Assembly (NCBI GenBank): GCA_038321985.1 | Contig: JBBQFN010000049.1 | Span: forward strand, 1 to 29,938 | Source: Cyanophyceae cyanobacterium | Lineage (GTDB): Bacteria; Cyanobacteriota; Cyanobacteriia; Cyanobacteriales; Laspinemataceae | DNA: 29,938 nt | Reading direction: 5' to 3' | Program-made: the position numbers and the translations under genes | The notes under the pieces: generated by a model | Seen by the model: the letters and a program-made list of their open reading frames with translations, nothing else | What the model was told of the DNA's origin: nothing | The model's database searches: none | Shown: positions 8,730-18,089 of the stretch, piece by piece | Layout of the letters: every line of letters begins with the position of its first letter | Numbering within the stretch: position 1 is the stretch's first letter

Positions 8730-8961
8730 AACGAACTCCATTAACTTTATGAGTGCGGGAAAGATCGCCCCAGGTCCCGGGCTTAAATGTCAGCGTTTCA
8801 AAACAAGGCGATCGCGTTAGGGAGGGCTAGCAATCGTTTTAGAAAACCTTCCCCTCAGAGGCGATCGCCTGGAATCTAGCTCTAGCATCAAGGCTATTAG
8901 GGACCGAGTACAAACCCTAATCCTATGCTATCGCAGTCTCTAAGGCGGCGAACTCTATCCC

Positions 8962-10284
8962 TTAAGGCTTATAAATTTTCGCAGTCGAGCCTTGTTTCTT
9001 GATTTGTTCCACCATGGCTTGAGCTGAGGGTTCATCCTCAAACGCCGCTACCTGGATTTTGACCCCGATCGGGTACTCGCGCAGATAGGCGTCCGGTACC
9101 ACTTCTCGCGCCTTCCAGAGGCTTTCTTCATTCTGATAATCCATCACCACGTAGTAAAACCCGGGGAATGATGCCGGACTCACTCCACTGGTTGGGGTAG
9201 GGGTTGCCGGTGCTGCGGTTGCCGGGGTTGCTGGTGTTGCGGGCGCTAGAGTCCCGGCATTAGGAGCCATACTCGGGGGGGAACTGGGTACGGACGGTTG
9301 AATCACCACCGGCTGTCCCGATCCGGCAAGATAGTCTGTCGTCAGGTTACTTAACCCCGGTTCCCCTGGGGAAGGCGTTCCCGGGGCTGGGTTTGGGGTA
9401 ACGGTGGGGGCGATCGCTCCACCGGATGCCGGGACTGTCGGTTGAGGAGTGGGTGCTGGAACTGTCACTAACGGTTTCTTTTCCAGAGTTCCCAAATTGC
9501 CTAAATCCAGGGGTTTAAACTGCGAATTGGTTAAATCCGGGGTAATTTTAGGGGCTTGATTCCCTGGGGCTGGCTCCCGGCTCAAACCATTGGTATTACC
9601 GCCGGAGTTGGCTTGAGTGCGAACCGTTGCGTCTTTAGGGTCTGCTGTCTGAGTTACTACATAAATTAACGTGGAACTTGCCGCTAGAAATAACAGCATC
9701 GAACCAATTCCCACGGGACTTAGCAAGCTATTTTTGGAGCGAGTTTTTCGCCTAGCCCGGAGTTCGGCCAGCTTGTGGGCATTTTCTCGATTTAAACTAT
9801 TCACTAATTTTTCTGAAGAGTCGAGATACTCCTTGGGGTCAGTTCCCGGAGAGGGTCCCACCAAAGCCCCAGCGCTTTCCGTGGATAAGCCGGTCTCGTT
9901 GGGGGTCCCGGCATTGTCTCCGGATCCATTGTCTCCAAATGTGGCGATCGCCGGAATAACCAAGGGCTGATTCTGTTGCTCTTTGACCGAGGATGCCTCG
10001 AATTTCAAGGGTTGAGCGCTAGACAGTTCTAAGGTGGGAGACTGCTGGGAAGGATTGCTCTTGGGGGTCAAGCTAATTAAATCTACCGCAGTTTTTTGCG
10101 GGGGAGTTAACCCATTCCCGGAGTAAGACGCTTGCACGGATTCGCCGCGTTTTTGCCGTCGATATCGGGTTAATTCTGACTCTAGCTTTATGTCCAAACT
10201 TTCCAGTACCGACTGTAATGCCGGTTTTAATCCCGTGTTTGGGGAAAGTGGGGCGTTATTCGTCTTGGGGGAACGTTCGCTCAT
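8962..10284 (-). CDS. Single-pass membrane protein with Pro/Thr-rich linker and C-terminal SPOR-like domain
   Basis: 440 aa. N-terminal LDIKLESELTRYRRQ helix, one hydrophobic segment (VGIGSMLLFLAASSTLIYVV), a PAT-rich linker and C-terminal VVPDAYLR...KIQVAAFEDEPSAQAMVEQIKKQG. Confidence 0.7.
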   Translation of the reverse strand: MSERSPKTNNAPLSPNTGLKPALQSVLESLDIKLESELTRYRRQKRGESVQASYSGNGLTPPQKTAVDLISLTPKSNPSQQSPTLELSSAQPLKFEASSVKEQQNQPLVIPAIATFGDNGSGDNAGTPNETGLSTESAGALVGPSPGTDPKEYLDSSEKLVNSLNRENAHKLAELRARRKTRSKNSLLSPVGIGSMLLFLAASSTLIYVVTQTADPKDATVRTQANSGGNTNGLSREPAPGNQAPKITPDLTNSQFKPLDLGNLGTLEKKPLVTVPAPTPQPTVPASGGAIAPTVTPNPAPGTPSPGEPGLSNLTTDYLAGSGQPVVIQPSVPSSPPSMAPNAGTLAPATPATPATAAPATPTPTSGVSPASFPGFYYVVMDYQNEESLWKAREVVPDAYLREYPIGVKIQVAAFEDEPSAQAMVEQIKKQGSTAKIYKP

Positions 10285-10450
10285 GCCGTCTCTCCTGTGT
10301 AATTACCTGATTGTTTCGTAGTCCGTTTCATGGGGAGTCCGACTGACTCCACCCCACGCCCATTCTTATAATAAGAGGCATAGCAGGAGTGGCGGACTGT
10401 ACTGTTTGACCCAATTTTAAGTGTTTAAGTTAAATGTTGAGCTTAACCCG

Positions 10451-11008
10451 ATGGCTTTTAACTCTCTGAATAATATTTTAGGCGCGTTGGCGAATCAGAC
10501 CCTAGGACAGAAGCAAGGGGAATACCAGCAGTTGATTGAGTCTTGGGCGAAAGCGGTAGGGCCAAAAATTAATCAACACACTCGCCCTCTGGCAGTGGAA
10601 CGGGGGGTTTTAAGGGTGGCGACGTCTAGTTCGGCTTGGGCGCAGACCCTGATGTTTGAGCGCCGACGGATTTTGCAACGGTTGAATGTAGGGCGCAAAG
10701 AGGCGATCGCAGATATTCGATTTTCTCCCAAGGATTGGTCTAAATCTGACGTTAAATGTCCCGATTTAGCGGATCAAGAAATACTTTGGGAGGACCATCC
10801 CAGCCGGTTGTCTGAGTTGAGTTCCGATGCCGCAATTCCTGCGGGTTCTGAGGTCCAAAATCCGCAAGGGGCTTTTGATCGCTGGGCTGCGGGGGTGCAA
10901 GCGCGATCGCTGGGTTGGCCCCTTTGTCCAAATTGTGATTGTCCCACGCCACCGGGAGAACTTGAGCGCTGGTCGGTTTGCGCCCTCTGTGCCCCCAAAC
11001 AGTGGTAA
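10451..11008 (+). CDS. dciA: DUF721/DciA-family protein with C-terminal zinc ribbon
   Basis: W..AVG..I..HTRP and GVLRVATSSSAWAQTL give the DUF721 signature; CPNC...CALC at the C-terminus. The likely start is ATG 10451. Confidence 0.8.
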   Translation: MAFNSLNNILGALANQTLGQKQGEYQQLIESWAKAVGPKINQHTRPLAVERGVLRVATSSSAWAQTLMFERRRILQRLNVGRKEAIADIRFSPKDWSKSDVKCPDLADQEILWEDHPSRLSELSSDAAIPAGSEVQNPQGAFDRWAAGVQARSLGWPLCPNCDCPTPPGELERWSVCALCAPKQW

Positions 11009-11605
11009 CCCTTAGGGCGATCGCCACTCTTGCAGAGGCTGCTTCCTTCAATTGCCTTACTTCCCCTTCATCAGGGGGTGGCGGGGATCCCTTGGTCCGT
11101 TGGTCTAGAGTTTAATCCAGGCCCTCTCCAGATTAAACGGGGAGGCAGAGTCCTGTAGAAGTAAGTCCAACCCCAGGCGAGCTTCCTTCCGGTGCTATCC
11201 GTACCTCCTCCACCTGAATCGCCAACACTCCCTTAAATCTCTCCCGTGACTCCCTCGACCTTTTCTCTATTTTGGACTAACAAATTCAGACTTACAAGAC
11301 AAAACAAGGGGATTTATTTCGGTTATCTTTCCCCAACTCTCCCCTTGTCTATTGGGCCAATGGTTGGCTAAAATGTTGATCCCCATAAATTTCTAGCTTG
11401 AACTCATCCAGTTATTACCCTTCTAGATGAGTAGTTACTTAACTCAATTGTTGCTATTCTTTACGCAATAATAAAGAAAAGATTAAATTAAATTTTAATC
11501 GGGGATCGCTTAAACCTATACGCGATAAAGGGTTGATGCCTCCCCTAAGTAAAATTACCTTAACTCATAATAAAAGAATCATTTGATTGTCCCCTGAGCA
11601 CCCCT

Positions 11606-11917
11606 ATGAAGACCTCAAATTGTCAAGGATCAGCCTGTCGCCACTGTCGGTTTTTTACCCCTGAAGGACGGCGGGGTGGGAACTGCCAACAACTCGGCGT
11701 CCAGGTTCGTGGAGGGTGGAAAGCTTGTTCGTTAGCTTTACCGCCCTTTGCCCCTTCCTGGGAAGGCATTAAAGACGAGATTATCGTGTTGCAAGACCCA
11801 CGACTGCGAGTGGAAGGGACCCTCTCCTTAGAACGAGCATTCCACCAGCCCTCAGCCGAGAAACACCCGACTCAAATCGATTCGGTTGTTATCCCTACGA
11901 ACCTACAACAAACCTGA
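11606..11917 (+). CDS. Small Cys-rich hypothetical protein
   Basis: 103 aa ATG-initiated ORF in an otherwise empty spacer, with CRHCRFFTPEGRRGGNC...WKAC...PPFAPSW, a motif I recall from cyanobacterial hypothetical proteins. Confidence 0.7.
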   Translation: MKTSNCQGSACRHCRFFTPEGRRGGNCQQLGVQVRGGWKACSLALPPFAPSWEGIKDEIIVLQDPRLRVEGTLSLERAFHQPSAEKHPTQIDSVVIPTNLQQT

Positions 11918-12040
11918 AAACGTTGAGTATTTTCTCTGGGTGGGCGCAGGTTCCGAAAATATTTGACATTCCTGTTGATTTAAGAAAGTTAAAAGACCAC
12001 TGTATGAGGTGGACTAACTTAGTAGAATTACTCAGTAAAC

Positions 12041-12071
12041 ATCGCTTCTGGTGATGAATTCCAGAAGCGAT
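12041..12071. other. 11-bp inverted repeat between convergent genes
   Basis: ATCGCTTCTGG-tgatgaatt-CCAGAAGCGAT; the right arm overlaps a HIP1 site. Confidence 0.5.
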
Positions 12072-12100
12072 CGCGATGGCAACTTTAAAATATCAGGGGT

Positions 12101-12129
12101 AAAAACCCGGTGGAATTTCCAAACCGGGT
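12101..12129 (-). terminator. Probable intrinsic terminator of menB
   Basis: ACCCGGT-GGAATTTCCAA-ACCGGGT hairpin followed on the minus strand by a T-tract (12105-12101), about 40 nt after the menB stop. Confidence 0.6.
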
Positions 12130-12169
12130 GGCATAATTCAAGGGCAGTGAATGATCGGGGCAAGGGAAA

Positions 12170-13003
12170 TTATGGCAACCAGGGATACTGACGAAAATCG
12201 GGTTGCCGTTTTTCGAGGAAGGCTTGTTTTCCTTCCGCCCCTTCTTCAGTCATGTAATACAGCATCGTGGCATTCCCCGCAAGTTCCTGTAACCCGGCTT
12301 GACCATCACAATCGGCATTAAAGGCGGCTTTAAGACAACGAATGGCGATCGGGCTTTTTTGTAAGATTTCGTTAGCCCAGGTCACCCCTTCGGTTTCTAG
12401 CTGTTCTACCGGCACTACAGAATTGACCAAACCCATCTCTAACGCTTGGGTGGCACTATATTGACGACAGAGAAACCAGATTTCCCGCGCTTTCTTTTGG
12501 CCGACGATTCTAGCAAGGTAACTGGCCCCAAAACCCCCATCAAAACTGCCTACTTTGGGTCCGGTTTGACCGAATATGGCATTATCCGCAGCCAGGGTTA
12601 AATCACAAATTAGGTGTAAAACGTGGCCGCCCCCGATCGCATATCCCGCCACTAAGGCAATGACTACTTTCGGCATGGACCGAATTAAGCGCTGCAAATC
12701 TAGGACATTTAAACGGGGAACTCCCTCTTCATCTATATATCCGGCTTCCCCCCGCACACTTTGATCTCCACCGGAACAGAAGGCATATTTCCCATCGGTA
12801 TGAGGTCCCGCCCCCGTCAATAACACTACCCCGATCCGAGTATCTTCCCGGGCATTGCAGAAGGCATCATACAGTTCAACTACGGTTTTCGGACGGAAGG
12901 CATTGCGCTTGTGGGGACGGTTGATGGTAATTTTGGCGATCCCATCAGTTTTGTGATAGAGGATATCTTCGTAAGTTTTGGCAGTTTGCCAGTTGATTTG
13001 CAT
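12170..13003 (-). CDS. menB: 1,4-dihydroxy-2-naphthoyl-CoA synthase
   Basis: 277 aa with [46 protein letters not shown] and [10 protein letters not shown]. Confidence 0.97.
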   Translation of the reverse strand: MQINWQTAKTYEDILYHKTDGIAKITINRPHKRNAFRPKTVVELYDAFCNAREDTRIGVVLLTGAGPHTDGKYAFCSGGDQSVRGEAGYIDEEGVPRLNVLDLQRLIRSMPKVVIALVAGYAIGGGHVLHLICDLTLAADNAIFGQTGPKVGSFDGGFGASYLARIVGQKKAREIWFLCRQYSATQALEMGLVNSVVPVEQLETEGVTWANEILQKSPIAIRCLKAAFNADCDGQAGLQELAGNATMLYYMTEEGAEGKQAFLEKRQPDFRQYPWLP

Positions 13004-13585
13004 TTCATCGAGTAGCTGCGCGACATCAGATCGTGCATTGTACCTTGCCTAGGGTGCTTGGGCTTCACTTGCCCCTCCTTCAGAAGTCTACAGGCTGCCC
13101 TATCCGGGCAATTTTGCGAATTACTCCCGATTAAGATCTTTTGAAATTCTTGGATTATCAAGATTAAATTTAATTTAAAACCCCTAATTTTTTTTTTATA
13201 AATTCAGGGTTTGGGCCTCCATCAATTTTCAAGTTAATTCCAAAATCCAGGAAAGAGAGGGTCTCTCTTCCCTGCCGACCTAAAATGGTTTGTAAAGTTT
13301 TAACCCTCGAATTTTTTGCGTATTTTTCCTTAGTCAGATTCTGGAAACTAAAAAAAATACCCCAATAACTCACTAATGTTATTGATCCGTTACGTGAATA
13401 TACGGGTTATTTAAGATTAACAAATTAAAATTACTAAATTAAAATTTTTTAGAATAACCCTTGGGGGGGATATTGTCGGAAATCTCTTTACTCCAGCTTT
13501 AATAAAAAGTCTTGCCTTCCCCAAAAAAAGTTCCTAAAATTGTAAACATAAGCCTGAAAGTTCAACACCAAGTGACGAGGGGACC

Positions 13586-14512
13586 ATGATGAAAACTACT
13601 TTATTCAACACTGTCTTAGGAACCGCTGCTGCTACTGTATGTTTGTTAGGGGTTACTGCACCCCAAGCGAATGCCGGACAACTACACAATGGCTGGAACT
13701 ACGCGATTGATTCCTTTAAAGATGGGGCAGAAGGAAATATTATTGGGGTGAACAGTACATACGAAATGTATGGCATGGCTGTTAAAGAAGATACCCAAAG
13801 TAACAGTATTTTTGTAGCAATTAACGCCAATCTGCCGATTACGGGCGATAACTATAGTGGCGCAGCAGATGGTCATATTGGTTGGGGTGATTTAATTTTC
13901 AACTTTTCTGGTCAGAACTTGCAAACCGCCAATGCCGGTGGCAATTTATTTGGCATTCGGTTTACGCAAAATAGCGATTCTGGGGTGGGCAGCGTTGGGG
14001 TTTATGATAATGTGAAACTCCAAAATGTGACATCGCAAAACTCTGGATTTGCGAATTTAACAGACCATGCGAACCTGGTCAGCAGTAAAGGTGGCACAGC
14101 TTCGATGGGTGACCTCGCTTACAATGACCCCTATTTTGCCGGTCAAACCTCTGGGAGTCATACGGTTCTGAACTCGATTAAAACAGGGAATTTGTTGGGT
14201 GGGATTAATATCCTGAATGATTTCGCTGGATTAGGGTTGGATTTCGGTAACTTCTCGGCGACTGGAAGCCATACCTTCGGGTTTAGTTTTGATAAGTCTT
14301 TAATGCCGGTTGGTGAATTTGTGGCCCATTTGTTCGCAGAATGTGCTAATGATGGGGTGGCATTGATGGGTGAGTTTGCGCTGGCTGCTGTTCCAGGTGA
14401 CGATGTTTCAGTGCCGGAACCGGGGAGTCTGATCGGCTTAATGGCGATGGGTTTGACTTTTGCAGGGAGTCGGTTACGCAAAAAAGGTCAGGCGATCGCA
14501 GTTGAAGGATAG
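13586..14512 (+). CDS. PEP-CTERM exosortase-target surface protein (resembles the XDD3-type family)
   Basis: 308 aa. Signal peptide ending PQANA, core GWNYAIDSF.DG...WGDLIFNF...FAECANDGVA, C-terminal VPEP + hydrophobic helix + RLRKK. GAGGGG precedes the ATG. Confidence 0.88.
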   Translation: MMKTTLFNTVLGTAAATVCLLGVTAPQANAGQLHNGWNYAIDSFKDGAEGNIIGVNSTYEMYGMAVKEDTQSNSIFVAINANLPITGDNYSGAADGHIGWGDLIFNFSGQNLQTANAGGNLFGIRFTQNSDSGVGSVGVYDNVKLQNVTSQNSGFANLTDHANLVSSKGGTASMGDLAYNDPYFAGQTSGSHTVLNSIKTGNLLGGINILNDFAGLGLDFGNFSATGSHTFGFSFDKSLMPVGEFVAHLFAECANDGVALMGEFALAAVPGDDVSVPEPGSLIGLMAMGLTFAGSRLRKKGQAIAVEG

Positions 14513-14573
14513 ATTAGATATTGACTTTGAAGTGTTGGATTAAAGTACCCCGGTTTAACTGCATCATTTTTTG

Positions 14574-14606
14574 ACCTCCTCTGATTTGGATCAGGGGAGG
14601 TTTAAT
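14574..14606 (+). terminator. Probable terminator of the second PEP-CTERM gene
   Basis: ACCTCCTCTGAT-ttgg-ATCAGGGGAGGT, a 12-bp stem with one G-U, followed by an AT-rich run. Confidence 0.6.
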
Positions 14607-14649
14607 ATTGAAGGGTTGGTGTTAATTTTTTTTTAAAATAGGGTTGGAG

Positions 14650-14731
14650 AACGACAGCAAGTCGTTACTACGAACTTAAGAAACGACTGAAGTCATTACT
14701 ACGAACTAAGAGAAGAAGGACTTCAGTCGTT
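14650..14731. repeat. Cluster of GTAG-type REP-like palindromic repeats
   Basis: AACGACAGCAAGTCGTTACTACGAAC (14650-14675), AACGACTGAAGTCATTACTACGAAC (14682-14706) and an inverted partial GACTTCAGTCGTT (14719-14731). On the minus strand the first two read GTAG followed by a hairpin. Confidence 0.7.
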
Positions 14732-14768
14732 GGCGGCAGAAATGATTCTGCCGCTTGGGGGGAGGGTG

Positions 14769-16007
14769 TTATTGCAAAATGGTTTTGGAGACGATGCGGG
14801 TTTTTTTGCGATCGGCTTCCGAGAGTTCTTGCCCTTCTTGAAGACGGGTAGCACTGGTTTGGAGGACAGTGGCTGCACCTTTGTCGCCCATTTGGAGGGC
14901 AGTTTTAGCGGCGGTTTGTAACATGGTAGCGGCACCCGCGCGATCGCCTTGTTGGATTTTCTGTTCGGCAATTTGGGTTTGCCGATATTTGGCTAAGGCT
15001 AAGGTGTGTTGTTGCACTGTGGGGTCGATCGCCGGTTGATAGGCACTTAGGACGTTGGCATCGACGAGAATGGGATCACTGAGGATCTCTTTGCGTCCGG
15101 TTGTGGGGTCTTCGTAGCGAATTTGTACTTCAGCCAGGGTTTGTCTGCCTTCTGCAAATTTACCGATATAGAGGTTGGCTAAGATCACCCGTTCGGTGGT
15201 CATGATATCCCCTAACCTCACTTCAAAGAATCCATTTTTGGCCTGTACCGGGAGTTCGATGGTTTCGGGTGCAACTTGGGCGACGGGTTTAAGTTCAGCA
15301 AGCCGAACTTTGGGCATTAGCCTTAGTTGCAGGTAGGCATTGGTGAGGGCTACGGATTGAATGCGACTGAATAAGCGGCTAAATTCTTCAACAGCTTGTT
15401 CGGGTCGTTCGATATGGGACAGGGAACCCCGGGCAGCGGTGGCAATGGATTCTAGGACATCTAGGTTCCAGTGATCCCCGAATCCGAGGGTGTTGAGGGT
15501 GAGGTTGGCATCGGCTGCTTCTGAGGCTAATTTGAGACAGCGATCGTTACTGCCATGTTCGTTTTCGCCATCGGTGAGGATGAAGGCTTGGGAGACGGTG
15601 CCGGTTGCCCCTTTTTTGAGTTCTTCGATGCCTTTTTTCATGCCTTCATCGATCGCAGTGCCGCCATCGGCTTTGAGTTTATCGATCTGTTTTTTGATGC
15701 GATCCGTGTCTTCGATCGCTTGATTGGAGATGATGACTTTGGCGCGATGATCAAAGGCGACAATACTCAGGCGATCGCCGGGGTTCAGTCGGTCGATTAG
15801 GCGATGGGCGGCCTCTTTCACCGTGGTTAAGGGTCGTCCGGCCATGGATCCACTATGATCCAAAATCAGACAAAGGTTCAGGGGGACAGAGGTTTGCATA
15901 CCGGCGGAGGCGATCGCGGAAACGGAGAGGGAAAGTTGACGCTGAGAACTGGTTTGACCCGCGTCTATATTGGCATCATTGAGGGCTGGATGGATAGCAA
16001 CTTTCAT
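14769..16007 (-). CDS. VWA-domain protein (YfbK-like)
   Basis: 412 aa. MIDAS motif LILDHSGSM, GGTAI, ILTDGE and TLGFG, followed by a beta-rich domain and a helical tail. Confidence 0.9.
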   Translation of the reverse strand: MKVAIHPALNDANIDAGQTSSQRQLSLSVSAIASAGMQTSVPLNLCLILDHSGSMAGRPLTTVKEAAHRLIDRLNPGDRLSIVAFDHRAKVIISNQAIEDTDRIKKQIDKLKADGGTAIDEGMKKGIEELKKGATGTVSQAFILTDGENEHGSNDRCLKLASEAADANLTLNTLGFGDHWNLDVLESIATAARGSLSHIERPEQAVEEFSRLFSRIQSVALTNAYLQLRLMPKVRLAELKPVAQVAPETIELPVQAKNGFFEVRLGDIMTTERVILANLYIGKFAEGRQTLAEVQIRYEDPTTGRKEILSDPILVDANVLSAYQPAIDPTVQQHTLALAKYRQTQIAEQKIQQGDRAGAATMLQTAAKTALQMGDKGAATVLQTSATRLQEGQELSEADRKKTRIVSKTILQ

Positions 16008-16160
16008 TAAAAATTTTTCCTCGCAAACAAATAAGCGGTCCGAATGTGATTGTCCCAGTCGGGGTCTTTAGCTATTTGGATTTTGGCACATCCGCCATCA
16101 AGACCGCTAATTCAAGGAGAGAATAAACTTCTCAACTCTACTCTCTTCCCCCGGTATTTT

Positions 16161-16195
16161 CTCCAGTCCCCGAACCAAGAGACAGGGGACTGGAG
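16161..16195. other. Perfect 11-bp hairpin just 3' of the serine hydrolase gene
   Basis: CTCCAGTCCCC-13 nt-GGGGACTGGAG. There is no U-tract in the sense of the gene, so an mRNA-stabilising hairpin is more likely than a terminator. Confidence 0.5.
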
Positions 16196-16210
16196 TAGGT
16201 TTATTCACCC

Positions 16211-17854
16211 TCACTCACCATTAAAGGATTGGTAAACCACCTTGGATATCCGCCGAATTAACTCTTCAGCAGCGGGGTCATTGTGGGGGCGTTTGACGAT
16301 CGCCGCCACTAAGTAGCGTTTTCCATTGGGCATATCTACCAATCCCGCATCGGAAATGGCTGTGCCAATATCCCCGGTTTTATGAGCGATCGCCGCGCCG
16401 GATCCCAATCCCTGGGGGAGTAGGGAATTATTGACGGTGCTCTGCATAATCTTGAAGAGGCGATCGCGACTCCGTAGAGAAAGCACCTGTCCCTGTTCAA
16501 CTATTCCCATTACCTGCACCAAATCTTGGGGACTGGTAGTATTGGTTCCCTCTAAATCCGGGAGACGGTTAGCGATCGCCGTTGAACTCAATCCCCAGGA
16601 GGCAAAGCGCTGATTTAGGGCTGCTGCACCCCCCAAGCGCTCAATCAACATATTTGTCGCGGTATTATCGCTGATCTCGCTCATTTTGGTAGCCGTTTCT
16701 AGGGCGCTGTACTTCGTCCCCGCTTCACTAAACTGCATATCTCCGGACCCTTCGGCAATATGCTCGGTTTTCATCGTCAGCATCTCATCGAGGGTAATTT
16801 TTCCTGCGTCTACATCCTGAAAAAAGGCTACCAAGACTGGCACTTTAATCGTACTCGCAGCAGAAAAGCTCTGGGTTCCATTTAAGTCCAGGTAAGCCCC
16901 CGTGTCCAATTCAACGACATAAACCCCAGGGGTCAATTCTGGATTTTCTGCCGCCATTTCCTGCAATTTCTGTTTTAGGGTGGTCAGTTCCTGGGTTAGG
17001 GGCATCCGGTGAGGATTGAAGGAGGGACTTTCCGGTTCCTGCACCTGTTCCTCTTGGGTTTCCCCAGTCCCAGCAGCACCCGCAGAGTAGTTAGGGGCCG
17101 GGTTCCAGACGGACAAAAGGGTTCCGGCGAGTACGCCGAGTCCGACCCCGAGAATTAGCAACCGCGCCCCATAAATTAAGGGCGAGATTTTTGTCTTTTT
17201 GGATTTTTTCTCGGTTTTTTTGCGGGTTCTATTTTTAGGGGTGCTGGTTTTGGATTGAGTCCCTGGGGGGCGTTTAGATTGGGCCTTGGTTTGTCGCTTG
17301 CGGGGGGGTTTGTTGCCAGAATCCAGGGGTTTTCGGGCGGGAACGGGTTCATGGGGAGCGTCAGGTCCTCGGTTGCCTAGCTGACGACTTAGGGGGGTGG
17401 ACCGAGTAAAAGTAGAGGGCCGTTGTTCCGCGAGGCGATCGAGGGGATTGGACCGACGAGAGGCCCGTTGAGGGGGTGTTCCCGCACTGTCCCGGCTGGA
17501 ATAATCCTCTGAGTTCAGGGAACGAGGGACCCGGCCCCCGCGCAATTGATCGGCCACCTGTTGGGACTGTTGCTGTTGTCTACCCAGAGGGGACCGAGAT
17601 GGGGGCGGTTGCCTATTCTCGCCATCAGAAAATGTAGGAATTGCGGACCCCATTTTTCTGGGGTCCTGGGGTGGCGGTTCGGGACGGCGATCGCCACTTT
17701 TACCGGCGGCGGATTTGCGGGGGGCCGGTTTTGTTGCTTTTTTACTGGATGTCTTGGTTTTTGATTTCTTCACCCGCTTGGTCGGTTCGCCAGACTGCGA
17801 TTGTTCCGAGGGCACTACCGACAAAAATGACCGAATTGGAGACCTTTGAGCCAC
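16211..17854 (-). CDS. Class A beta-lactamase-fold serine hydrolase (cyanobacterial PBP-A-like) with long N-terminal disordered region and transmembrane anchor
   Basis: 547 aa. SxxK (ASTIK), SDN and HKTG motifs; short omega loop LPDLEGTNTTSP; hydrophobic LLILGVGLGVLAGTLLSVW after about 225 low-complexity residues. Confidence 0.88.
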   Translation of the reverse strand: MAQRSPIRSFLSVVPSEQSQSGEPTKRVKKSKTKTSSKKATKPAPRKSAAGKSGDRRPEPPPQDPRKMGSAIPTFSDGENRQPPPSRSPLGRQQQQSQQVADQLRGGRVPRSLNSEDYSSRDSAGTPPQRASRRSNPLDRLAEQRPSTFTRSTPLSRQLGNRGPDAPHEPVPARKPLDSGNKPPRKRQTKAQSKRPPGTQSKTSTPKNRTRKKTEKKSKKTKISPLIYGARLLILGVGLGVLAGTLLSVWNPAPNYSAGAAGTGETQEEQVQEPESPSFNPHRMPLTQELTTLKQKLQEMAAENPELTPGVYVVELDTGAYLDLNGTQSFSAASTIKVPVLVAFFQDVDAGKITLDEMLTMKTEHIAEGSGDMQFSEAGTKYSALETATKMSEISDNTATNMLIERLGGAAALNQRFASWGLSSTAIANRLPDLEGTNTTSPQDLVQVMGIVEQGQVLSLRSRDRLFKIMQSTVNNSLLPQGLGSGAAIAHKTGDIGTAISDAGLVDMPNGKRYLVAAIVKRPHNDPAAEELIRRISKVVYQSFNGE

Positions 17855-18089
17855 ACCTCACTCCTCTTGTTTCGTTCTTGCTGCTTGTTAAACCAACCCT
17901 TCCCCTGAGTGTAATTTCTGAGGATCAGCTTGGCCCGCAGCACCGTCAATCGTAACCCCTTGAGGCACTCTTTTTGCGATCGCCGGATCATCGGGCAGAA
18001 ACCTGATTTCTGGGGGTACAGTCCAGATTTTTCGGGATTTTCTGGGCGATCGCAACCGGATGGCTGAAATTGTCAGGGCTATCTCTCGC

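Noticed and set aside
6660..8741. Recent gene conversion between pspA and vipp1
   Set aside because: Identical DNA stretches are short (about 20 nt at FERMEEK) and synonymous differences are frequent elsewhere; protein-level conservation explains them.
13170..13373. 67-aa ORF in the menB / PEP-CTERM spacer
   Set aside because: Non-ATG start, no motif, and composition typical of translated AT-rich promoter DNA.
14650..14731. Possible mini CRISPR array
   Set aside because: The units are only 6 nt apart, one is inverted, and there are no spacer-length unique sequences or cas genes; REP-like repeats fit better.
14769..16007. VWA protein as part of a MoxR-VWA conflict system with the right-end ATPase
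   Set aside because: It is more than 9 kb away, on the opposite strand, among housekeeping genes, and the ATPase lacks recognisable MoxR motifs.
16211..17854. Acquired beta-lactam resistance gene
   Set aside because: It is membrane-anchored, has the PBP-A-type short omega loop, is rich in HIP1 like native DNA and has no mobile context.
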